Shown here: one piece after another, positions 10,618-21,160 of the stretch
Layout of the letters: every line of letters begins with the position of its first letter
Position numbering within the stretch: the stretch's first letter is position 1
The notes under the pieces: model-generated
What the model saw: only the letters and a program-made list of their open reading frames with translations
What the model was told of the DNA's origin: nothing
Databases searched by the model: none
Origin: Macrostomum lignano
Lineage: Eukaryota
Length of the DNA: 64,000 bases
Assembly (NCBI GenBank): GCA_002269645.1
Contig: NIVC01000617.1
Coordinates: forward strand, 62,001-126,000
Direction of reading: 5' to 3'
Made by a program: the position numbers and the translations under genes

Positions 10618-11481
10618 ATGGCAAGCTGGTTCTCAAAAAGTCCCGAGAAGTTGGTGCAATCAGCGAACAAGCTGAAGCAGCAGCAACAATGGCTCCAAGC
10701 CGGCGACGAGTTTTGTGAAGCAGCGGTGCTTTATAAAAGCAAGGACGAGGTGGAGGTCGCCAACTGTCTGCGCGACGCTGCCAACTGCTACATTAAGGTC
10801 GACGAAAGATACGCCATCATGGCTATGGAAGCCGCAGCCATCATCGAGTCGGAGCAGGGCAAGTTCCAATATTCGGCCGAGCTGCACAAGAATATTGCTG
10901 AGCTTGCGTTGTCTCTGGATCGCAAGAAGCCTCGCATCGACAACTGGCTGAGCATCGGAGGAGCTCTGGATATGAAGCGTCAGATTCGGTTTAGACAGTT
11001 TTGTCAGTCCTCTAGATCAATGTCTGCCACCAGACTGGCTGTCCAACACTTGGAAAAGGCTGCCGACTACTTCAACAGCGAAGGAAGTCCGGCCAACGAG
11101 GCCGACTGTTCCGCCCAGATGGCCGAACTGTTGGCCGACTCTGGTGACCTGGTAGAAGCGGCCGAGATCTACGACAAGCTTGCTGAGCTGGCTTGGAAGC
11201 ACGAGTTTCTCGCCCTCGGTGCCAAGACCAAAGCGTTTCGTGCCTGCCTGTGCCGACTTGCGGCCGGCCTCGAGCTCCGCATGGACGAGATGGAGAAGCG
11301 GTGCCCTTCGCTGACCGGCTCCGATGAGTGCACTCTGGTAAAGAGTCTGGACGAGGCCTGCGACTCTGCCACTGTCGATGCGGCGATCCGACAATTCGGC
11401 AGACTCAACCAGGCGGACGAGTGGACCAAGAGGAGGCTGGATGCAGTGCGTGGAAAACGAGCCGGACCCAGACTAGCTTAG
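10618..11481 (+). CDS. NAPA: Alpha-SNAP (soluble NSF attachment protein)-like, divergent, apparently single coding exon
   Basis: WLQAGDEFCEAA, ANCLRDAANCY, GKFQYSAELHKNIAE, HLEKAADYF, AAEIYDKLA, SDECTLVKSL and DEWTKRRL follow the SNAP TPR-like pattern. GTTTTCAG|CCATGG acceptor before the ATG. Confidence 0.9.
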   Translation: MASWFSKSPEKLVQSANKLKQQQQWLQAGDEFCEAAVLYKSKDEVEVANCLRDAANCYIKVDERYAIMAMEAAAIIESEQGKFQYSAELHKNIAELALSLDRKKPRIDNWLSIGGALDMKRQIRFRQFCQSSRSMSATRLAVQHLEKAADYFNSEGSPANEADCSAQMAELLADSGDLVEAAEIYDKLAELAWKHEFLALGAKTKAFRACLCRLAAGLELRMDEMEKRCPSLTGSDECTLVKSLDEACDSATVDAAIRQFGRLNQADEWTKRRLDAVRGKRAGPRLA

Positions 11482-12405
11482 GACTGAATGAGCCGAGAAT
11501 GCTCGAAGTTACTAATGAAACCCTTGACCATGTGCTTCTTCCCTTTACTAATTCTACTCTGTTTAATCGTATACCTATTCGGACAGAATTGCCTCTAATC
11601 CCAGCACTGCAGTAAAACCTTGCAGTTTACTACTAGGCGCAACATCTTGCAATTCCGGCCATGGAATGACTTACAAAATTTGCTTTAAAATCAGATTATG
11701 ATTTAGATTCAGTATCAGATTCAAATACTTTTCACTGCCTGAGTTTCAAGCCTAAACTTTGAATTGAATGCAATTGAATGAATTGAACTTATCGTGACGG
11801 CAGTCATTGCTCTCCAGTCTGCAGAGTTTCCCACTTATTGCATAAAATTACTTGCAATACGCGTACAACAAAGAAAGTTTCGAGTGTACCGAGACAAAGT
11901 CAATTAGCTCGTAACATATAATTGCTTAGTTCCCGTTCTTGTAGTACACAGAGAACAGAAAGCACATATTTTTTCATATTTATTGAATCAGCACTAAGCA
12001 AAATTGGAAGCTCCCCTTCCTACAACCATACCATATCATACAAGTACAGCAACGCTGACGCACTCTGACGACACTTGGTTGTTTTTCGGAGCTGCTTGGT
12101 TCTCGGGACAGCTGTTCGGACAGCGACTACTCAATGTTAAAAGCTATGTTCGAAAAATTTAACTATACAAGCATTATATTTGTAGAAATACGTCGCATAG
12201 AGGCGTTAAATAAGCTACCGTAGCAAATATTTAGGCGATAATGAAGGCTGAAAATACGTATCAATTAGACACAAAGATCATTAGTAGACACTACTACAAA
12301 TCATTAGACGTTACTACAGGTCCGTGGACAACAAGTACAGTTTATTAGACATTTTTACAATACTTATGCAGTAAAGTCGGTTCAGACTACAGATACTGAA
12401 TTCAG

Positions 12406-12812
12406 TAGATAGGCCACTCAGGCATATATACTTAGTAAAACAGCTTTCTACTTTCAGTTCAGTAGCAAAGAAGAATACATAAGCTATTTTATAAAAATAA
12501 AGGCAGCTGAAGTGATTTTGATAAGTTTAGAAGCCCAAGCTTGCAGACGTAAACAACTTGCTAATTGGTTTAGCAATAATGTACATTAGCCAGTCCAATG
12601 AAATGTACATGGCAGCTTTAGGCTGGAATTCCGAGAAGGGCAATAAAAATTGGGACGGGGGTAGTGTGGAAAGGCGATTGGGTTATTTAAGCTGGGGTTA
12701 AGAGCCAAGAAAAGCGCCTTGGCTTTATCAATACATTAAAAATGCTTTTTTAACTTACATGTACTACTGAACTGAAAGTACTTTACACGCAAATGTTCTT
12801 AGTGGCCCATCC
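12406..12812. mobile_element. MITE, copy 1 (inverted copy at 47992-48406)
   Basis: Internal inverted repeat CTACTTTCAGTTCAGTAGC / TACTACTGAACTGAAAGTA. The ~400-bp body matches the reverse complement of 47992-48406. Confidence 0.8.
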
Positions 12813-12994
12813 AGTTATTCTAGTGTCGCTGGTTCAGACCCATTTTAGTATTGACTAGCAATCTTCGCCCCCCGTTGGGGGACATCTGTATAGAATCTCT
12901 GCTCTCTACAAGTAACAAAAAGATAGCCAAATATAGCATTCACAAAGAAAACAGACAAAATACTTAAATGAAGTGCAATGCAAAAAGAAATCAT

Positions 12995-13440
12995 CCCAAG
13001 ACAGCAAGCATCCCCCAGATAGCAAGCATCCCCCAGATTGCAAGCATCCCCCGGATAGCAAGCATCCCCCAGATAGCAAGCATCCCCCAGATAGCAAGCA
13101 TCCCCCAGATAGCAAGCATCCCCCAGATAGCAAGCATCCCCCCAGATAGCAAGCATCCCCCAGATAGCAAGCATCTCCCCAGATAGCAAGCATCCCCCAG
13201 ATAGATAGCATCCCCCAGATAGATAGCATCCCCCAGATAGCAAGCATCCCCCAGATTACAAGCATCCCCCAGATAGCAAGCATCCCCCAGATAGCAAGCA
13301 TCCCCCAAATAGCAAGCATCCTCCCAGATAGCAAGCATCCCGCAGATAGATAGCATCCCCCAAATAGCAAGCATCCCCCAGATAGCAAGCATCCCCCAAA
13401 TAGCAAGCATCCCCCAGATAGCAAGCATCCCCCAGATAGA
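12995..13440. repeat. 19-bp minisatellite
   Basis: Unit CCCCCAGATAGCAAGCATC, roughly 23 copies. The overlapping ORFs are artefacts. Confidence 0.95.
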
Positions 13441-16400
13441 TAGCTATATATAGATATAGATAGATAGATAGATATAGAGCCCGCGCAGCTGCTGGTGGAA
13501 ATATACTCACACGACACGGGCCTTAGTATAAGGATGGTAATCGAATGTCATTTAGGAACTATCGTAGGAACTATTAGGAATAAGACTTAGGTTTTAGGTT
13601 AGGGAATTAGAGAATTGCACTGTTATCAGAGCGTGCTGGAGTGTAGCAGTTGTGGACAGTTGCACTCTTACAAAAAGCCACAAGCGCTCGAGTACGGCAG
13701 TGCAAAGGGCGAGTGCAGGCCACCCTAAAAGTCTGCTTCCACTTTAAAGGGGTTGTTTACTCGTATGTGGGGTGGGGTTCAACTACATTTTTAAACAGAG
13801 ACATTTCAGAAGTCGCACGAGAGAGGGAGACCGTGAAAATCGGCCGGAATTGCGACGTGGGAAGACGTGGGAAGTGACAACGCAGACAGTTTCACAGGGA
13901 CTTCATCGGGAAAAGTAACTATAAATAAGCAAGGGGTTAAATGTCTAATCTTTACTCTTTCTCTCTACTAACTTCTTGCTTAAACAACTAGTTTGCAAAT
14001 CGTGCCGATTGCTTCTGCAGACACCTGTGAACGTAGGGTAAGACTGAGCTCTGCCATGACTATAGATTTATTAATATTAGCATATTGGTCTCAGACCAAG
14101 TAAATAGGCGTAAGATATATCTATATATAATAGATTAATAAGAGCATTGGAGTAGCTTAGTTATACCGTAGTGTCTCAGACTTATTCTCCCTGCTTGTAG
14201 CTTGCTTATTTGCTCATTTACTTATTTATACATACGTCAAAAACACAGTTATTAAATATAATTATATGGTTAATCGGAAAATACCATCTAAGCGTGTTCT
14301 ACCTCGTTTGAGTTATTATTATACACATATGTAGGGTTCTAGTTAGCGGCCAGCTAGAGCTTTATACTTGCCAAGACTTGAGTAGTATCTGAGATTCATC
14401 TAGGCAGTTTAAGTTTCAATTTTATTATTTTACTGACGTTCGAAGTACAAAATCTAAATGAAATTATTAATCCGTCTATCTACATATATCTGCTCAAACT
14501 GTTGAATTGATGAAATAGACAGGTGGGTTAATCTAGGCTTAAATTCACCCAAGCTCAAGGGTAGCGCGCTACATCCTTATCTCCTCCATTTTCCCTTTCA
14601 AGGCACAAGACTTGCTCACATAGAATGGGTGGGATTTGTATAGAAAGAAAGCTTTTGTCCTACTAATTCTATAGTCTTAATTTTCGTAAGACTTTCATCA
14701 TTAGTAGCCTAAGGAGCCGTCATGCGGAATCCATAGATACTTTTTAATTATAGAGTGCGAGAACTGCTTTTCTACAAGTATGAGCAGTCTGTCTCGACTA
14801 GCAGTATGCAGCATTCCTAATTAGGACAAATTCGGTCGCACGGATAATAGGACACGAGGAAAAGGCGTTCCCTTCTATTCCCTTATATACAACAGGCTAG
14901 AGAATAGTACTAAATTCAAGCAGATTTTTTTGGTACCAAAATCAAGCCTCAGGCTCGTTGCATTCTGGCTTGTGTCGTGTCTTTGATCATTCGAGGACCA
15001 CTGTTGTAAAACAGGGCATAAAACTCTAAAGATCGTGTAGTTTTTAGAGAGGAATGGAAACCGCATGTTACTCTGTTGTATGATTGTGCCGTTAAAGTCT
15101 AATTTTCATGCTTTTTTTTAAACCCAAGGTTGCAAATACTCACAAGTGGCATTGGCGATTTTATTAGAAACTTTCACGGCACTTTCACGGAGATTTTTTC
15201 TATCTCCACAGTTGTATTTTTCCCAGGAAATTGGCCTCCAAAAATCGTTTGATTTTAGAGTTTTGTGTCCTGTTATTACTATACTGGTCCTTGGATGCAT
15301 TTTGCTAGTGTCCTCATTGTATCGCATTTTTACACTCAGTGTTTCGCAGTTTGACGATCATTATTCACATTTTTAATGCAGAACAATATACTACTACAAA
15401 CAATGCATTGTCTGTAGGATCGTCAAACAGAAAAACAATGCAAAGAATCAGCGGTCGCAGCACGTGACAACGATTTGTCTATGGCTTCAGCGACCACAAG
15501 GACTACTAAAGTAGATGGACGCAAAACTCAGAAGCAGGTATACACGCGTAGTAGCTATTAAAATGAACTAAATAGTAGGCCTAAAGCTTTAAAAATCGCA
15601 GAATAAACAAAATATCGAATATTCTCCATCCTTTTGTCAATACATAAAGTGTGAATGCCCTCTGACTAGTTTTGTTTTTAAGTGCAAGCAACTTGCACAG
15701 AATTATACATGTTTGATGTCTTTGAATAGCATCAAATCCAACGGTATAGGGCGTCGACATGATAAGTCATTTTTAAACGAGAGATGCAACTCTTTATATA
15801 ATAAAATCAAATAAGTATGCATTATAAAAGAGTAAAATGGCGAATATGTGCTACACCAGTCGATAATCTCTTGCGACGATTATAAAACATGTAAACAACT
15901 TTTATTTCGGCTTATACAGATGATGACGGAAATTGGCCTTCACTGAATTTTCCACGAAAGTTGAGTCCTGCGTCCTATGTTACTTTAGTCGCCCTTGGGG
16001 CGACATTGTCCCACAACCAGCTTTGTCTTCAAACTTTCAGTGTTTGTATTCTCAAATAAAGAAACAAATAAATCATATTGTACAGAAATAGCAACACGAA
16101 CGACAATTCGTATTTTGTGGTTCTCAGATTCAAATATTCAAACGAAGCTCTGATTTGATGAAGCAAAATGGAGCCAGACGAAATCAGCGGTTAATTAGTG
16201 CAAACTGTGCGCGGGACAGTACACACGTACTTTTGTGTTCACGCAGATTCGGCTCACGAAATCTCGTTGCATTCGTTAATGAGCTGATGGAATAGCCTGC
16301 TTGCATGTTGGCCTTCTGCCAGCTCGAAATTAAGCTTAGCTATCGCAACCGGAGAAAGAAGAGAGTTGAGAAGTACTGAAGCGTCTTATGTTTGCTCTCT

Positions 16401-16734
16401 TCTCCGAGAGCCAGTAACAGGATAGCAGCACTGAAAATCCGGTTGTAAACAGGTACACTAGCAGGCAGGTCGGCAAAAATTAAAACCAGTTTTTTGTCCT
16501 TTTGAAGCTATAAGTCAGCATTTCAGGTTTATAAGTCTCTCTTCATGTGTGCTTAAGAGGACAATACTTGGTCAGCCGTATATACCGTTATAAGTTGCTA
16601 TTGAGCAAATATTCTCTTAGAGGCAAATCTCTGCGTATAAGGGAATCTGCCAAACTCCGATGAAAATTCACAATAGGAAGCTGACCCGCTCAAGGTTTAT
16701 GTCGCTTCTCAGGTCTCTTTTCTTTTCTTCAATA

Positions 16735-17370
16735 CTCATCTCTCATCTCCTCTCTCCACTCTTCTCTCTCCTCTCTCCTTTCTCCTCTCTACTTTCTCCT
16801 TTCTCTTCTCTCCTTTCTCCTCTCTACTTTCTCCTTTCTCTTCTCTCCTTTCTCCTCTCTCCTTTCTCCTTTTTCCTCTCGCCTCTCTCCTCTCTCCTCT
16901 CTCCTCTCTCCTCTCTCCTCTCTCCTCTCTCCTCTCTCCTTTCTCCTTTCTCTTCTCTCCTCTCTCCTCTCTCCTCTCTCCTTTCTCTTCTCTCCTTTCT
17001 CCTCTCTCCTTTCTCCTTTCTCTTCTCTCCTTTCTCCTCTCTCCTTTCTCCTTTTTCCTCTCGCCTCTCTCCTCTCTCCTCTCTCCTCTCTCCTCTCTCC
17101 TCTCTCCTTTCTCCTTTCTCTTCTCTCCTCTCTCCTCTCTCCTCTCTCCTTTCTCTTCTCTCCTTTCTCCTCTCTCCTTTCTCCTTTCTCTTCTCTCCTT
17201 TCTCCTCTCTCCTTTTTCCTCTCGCCTCTCTCCTCTCTCCTCTCTCCTCTCTCCACTCTTCTCTCTCCTCTCTCCTCTCTCCTTTCTCTTCTCTCCTCTC
17301 TCCTCTCTCCACTCTTCTCTCTCCTCTCTCCTCTCTCCTCTCTCGTCTCTCGTCTCTCGTCTTTCCTTTC
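16735..17370. repeat. CT-rich compound microsatellite (TCTCCTC-based)
   Basis: Pyrimidine-only tract. The marker TTTTCCTCTCGCCTCTC recurs at about 160-180-bp spacing, suggesting a higher-order repeat. Confidence 0.95.
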
Positions 17371-18124
17371 TCCCCTCGCTGGCCCGCAGTCTTGCGCCGA
17401 GTTCTACTGAAGTATATCTGGCCATTGAATTGAAAATGTTCGCCGACTCTTGCTCTCAGTGAAGTAACAACTGCTTGCAAAGTAGCATGCATGCAATAAG
17501 ACGGAACACAGGCCGCCTCTTAAGCAACACTGCCTATGATAATTATAGAAATCGACATATATCATTTTGCCCTAGCCTGCCTACATGCAGCAGCTGCAGA
17601 GAAACAGGGAAATTCGATTTTAGCCAGCCTATTTTCCTTCAGACGGTGCAATTATATCGCAACAAAAGCATGAGATGATACACCTGTTTATCAGTAAGCT
17701 CTACTGCAATTTTCACGGCAAATAACTTGCTTTGACTTGACTGGTTGCAAATAAATGGAAAGGAAAATCTGAGAAAAATTTACTTAATTGCCAATTATTT
17801 ACTTGGATTGGTCTCGATGAGTCAAGTAAGCATTCAGGGACAACTAGGACGAGTTCTGTTGCTTTGGTCTTTTTTAATGAAGCAGCAGAAAGCATCCCAA
17901 GTCTTACACTGAAACAGCTGAATAAAAAGATAGTTTAATACTCGTTTCAGATACTGACACATAAGCGCCTTAACTACTGAAAACTAGCTGAAATCATCGC
18001 TTCTTGGAATGTTTCCCATAGACTCAATGGAAAGATAGTGCACGGCTTGCAAGTGCAACAACGCTGAGGACCACGAGTGCGAGTGTCTATGGCGTTGTTG
18101 CACGCGCAAGCCGTGCTTCTATCA

Positions 18125-18957
18125 CATTATCATATAGACTAGCCAACAGTGGCTATTCATTTTTGTCTATGGCAATTTGCAAAGAACAGGGTTGAGGGAG
18201 GCAAGGAATATCTTTCTCTCCACTACAGCGCGATATTTGTTCGTCTCACATCAGTGTGCGTTCATTTGAAAACATTATTCATCTGTCTCAATTCCCGGAC
18301 AATTGCATAAGCGGATTGACTACGGCGGAAATCGAGAAGCATGTAGAGCTCATGGACAGAAATTCGTTGATCGAGCGGAAGATCGCAAGGCGAGTGAACT
18401 GGGCAAGATGTCCGACGTGTTGTCAGCATCGCTGTATGAAGCCAGTTCGTCTTCTGCGACCAACGATAAGTCTGTGGCTATCGTCGGACCATCTGGCGAT
18501 ATGGATTCGGCGGGGGATGCTACGTCTATCTCCGAGGTCCTAAAGCGGGTGGCAAGTGTTGGAATGACGACGTCAGTCCAAAATGTCAAGGTTGACGTTC
18601 AAGCATCTTCGGCCGATACTGTTCGACCGGAGCTACATATTCATCTGAGTGGTAGTTTCAGCAATTGCAACTTCAAATTCGGTGATCAGTGAGTAGTGAT
18701 GAGTTAGTTACTGAGTGAGTTACTGAGTTTTCGAGTTACTACTAGAGCACTGACTACTAGACAAAGAGCTCATTAAAAATTTTCAACTATTTGCTACGTT
18801 TGCTTTTCGTAAAATATAAAGTTTGTGTTGTTGCATTATTGCACTCTGAAAGCCGCCAGCGTGCATTTTTGGCGCATTGTTGCACCCTGATTGTCAATTG
18901 TCTATGGTAAAATCTCCATTATTTTCACTCACTTGTTGGCTAGACTATATGATAATG
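18125..18957 (+). mobile_element. Internally deleted Crypton-like (tyrosine recombinase/DUF3504-type) element with short TIRs
   Basis: TIR CATTATCATATAGACTAGCCAACA / TGTTGGCTAGACTATATGATAATG (1 mismatch), no TSD. Internal peptides LTTAEIEKHVELMDRNS (N-terminus-like) and KMSDVLS...GSFSNCNFKF-stop (C-terminus-like) resemble Crypton protein ends as I recall them. Confidence 0.5.
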
Positions 18958-18999
18958 GTTTGGCTGGGTGCCACTGAGTGGCCTATCTTAGAGTTATGC

Positions 19000-19431
19000 C
19001 ATAGATCTTATATTCCCTAGATAGGCCACTCTCAATGCATTCAATAGGAAAAGACCGACCACGCAAATTGAAAGAAAAATTTAATTAAGCCGACAGCGTT
19101 TGAGACAAATCTGAGGTCAGTAGCTTAAAGGACATAGACATATTTTTGCCGTGGTTGCAAAAATATTCGCAACAGACACAGAGTTCGCCAGTCCTTGCTT
19201 CCTTGCGCTTTGCTATCAAACAAATTGGCAAAATAGCGCTGAATTCGAGAAGCTGAAGCTGTGTTCGAGGCTGCAGCACGCATACATGTAAATGTGATGG
19301 AGTCCAACATCTAGCTGCACAGCGTGTACTGACCTAATACCGTGGTCGCTAAATTATTTCAAGAAACACTACGGCTCTATGGGTATGCTTGTGGTCGCTG
19401 AGTGGCGTATCTAGGGAATATAAGATCTATG
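19000..19431. mobile_element. MITE with 32-bp CATAGA-starting TIRs
   Basis: CATAGATCTTATATTCCCTAGATAGGCCACTC versus the reverse complement at 19400-19431 (1 mismatch). TSD only partly matching (AGTTATGC/CTCTATGC). Confidence 0.8.
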
Positions 19432-20329
19432 CTCTATGCTGTGGTGTAAATATAATAGATGAGCTTTGGTCATAGACGACTAACCGATTTATAATGATAA
19501 ATTCGTGGACTAAGCATGGAGGAAAGAATAGAATAGAATAGAAAAGAATAGGATTCTTTCCTCCATGGGACTAAGACACTTCTTGGCTTAATATGTCAAT
19601 GCACAATGAAAAATCGGGAGTACGAAAACTTTATTAGTTCATAAACAACTACGAACGGGACACAGCACCAAGGAACACAGACTGACACTTGATTACAGTC
19701 TAAAATCTTCAAGGCGCTGCTTCAGTTTCTCCCGTAGGCAGCACTGCGGCTGACTGACAGGAGATTAATCGAACCTGAGAGACAACAGCAGGTGGTCTCA
19801 ACCTGGCTTCTGCAATCATATATAGCCAGTTCACTCTGGAACTTTCTCAAACGGGTGGACACAGAAACACTTCCCAAACCTTCCTTTCTCATCTCAGCCT
19901 CTCTTCTGTCTGTTCGTCTCTCACCTGCCTTCCCCCGGGGGTGTCGGTGCTTAGCTATAACTAAATACGGCTAAATGCAGCCAATCCAGAGTCGGTTTGC
20001 TCTACCCAAACTGTTATTATCGGCCGGCTTCGCGAATTCAGATCCTCATCCCCCCCTCCCCAACCCGTCATTATTTCTCAGTGCTTGCCCCCGTCAGTCA
20101 CGATCGCCCAGAGATCCCTTCTATAAACTGCCCGAGCCTCTTTCAGAGTCCCTATATGGCTATAGGATAATAGTTCCTGTACCCACTCCGCTCCCCGGAT
20201 CTGCACGCAAGACTCTTGGATTTAAAAAAATCGAAGCGGCCTCAGCTGCCTGTTCATCCGGGTTGTCAACATATTAGCCAGCCTATACTTTAGGCAGCAG
20301 AGATTCAAACCGGTGACAAATCATAGCAA

Positions 20330-21160
20330 ATGCCAAGCGGTGGACAGCGCGTCGCTCCCATATTTACAATCTCCTCGTCATCTCCGCCTAGTGCTAACCA
20401 TAACAGTGCTGAGCAGACTAGCAGCAACAATAACAACAGCTCCATGGGCACTGCGGCAGCACCCATGAGCGCCTCCCAGCAACTGTCGCATCTGCACCAA
20501 AATCACCAGCAGGTATCGTCTTCATCAACAGCTGTTGCCAATGCACCGACCGGACATCCGGTTAGCCGGGAAGAGGTTAGCGCAACTTCCGTCAAGAATG
20601 TGCACATGCTGCAGCTGGAGATGCGGCACAGCCGTCGGCCCCCAGCTAAGGGTCCGGACCATCACAAGGTGCTGATCTCCGGAGCTTTCTTAGCGCTACA
20701 AGGCTGCCTCTGTCTAGCCGGCGAGGTCACTAATCTGTGCGCACCCTGCACGCGGCTCAAGCTTGGCCTAGGGCTGGTCACCGGCTTCCTGGACCTGTTC
20801 CTGGCTCTTCACTGCCTGTTCAGTCACCGACTACCGGGTTTGGGTGTCAATTGCGCCCGATCGGTTCTGATCTCGGCCGCCGGATCCGTATTTCTGAACG
20901 CGGCCAGTTTTGTCCTGTTCTACGCGACAGCCTCTTGGAATTTGGCGCACTGCAATGCCGACATTGTTGCCGTGCTAGGCGTGGTTGTCATTTCCAATCT
21001 GTGCCTGGGCATACCGTCCGCTTTTCTGGCTGGCTACATCACGCGGCACAACGCTGCAATTGGTGGCGGGTATGGTGGCGGCAGCGGCAGCGTAGGGGGT
21101 GGCGGCACCGGCAGTAGCGGAGCAATCGGTGGTGGCGGCTACAGAGGACATCTTCGGTAG
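20330..21160 (+). CDS. Orphan four-transmembrane protein (276 aa) with S/N/Q-rich N-terminus and Gly-rich tail
   Basis: Single GC-rich ORF with four hydrophobic stretches (VLISGAFLALQGCLCLA; LGLGLVTGFLDLFLALHCLF; VLISAAGSVFLNAASFVLFYA; IVAVLGVVVISNLCLGIPSAFLAGYI). MS4A/CD20-like topology is inference. Confidence 0.8.
   Translation: MPSGGQRVAPIFTISSSSPPSANHNSAEQTSSNNNNSSMGTAAAPMSASQQLSHLHQNHQQVSSSSTAVANAPTGHPVSREEVSATSVKNVHMLQLEMRHSRRPPAKGPDHHKVLISGAFLALQGCLCLAGEVTNLCAPCTRLKLGLGLVTGFLDLFLALHCLFSHRLPGLGVNCARSVLISAAGSVFLNAASFVLFYATASWNLAHCNADIVAVLGVVVISNLCLGIPSAFLAGYITRHNAAIGGGYGGGSGSVGGGGTGSSGAIGGGGYRGHLR

Noticed and set aside
13430-13530. (GATA)n plus GCCCG...CGGGC hairpin plus TTAGTATA as a Helitron/Helentron 3' end (similar at 21460-21500)
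   Set aside because: Suggestive only: no 5' end or helicase remnant, and the two sites share little sequence.
16660-17492. Long ER/GE-rich and LS-rich ORFs
   Set aside because: CT-microsatellite translation with no start context or domain.
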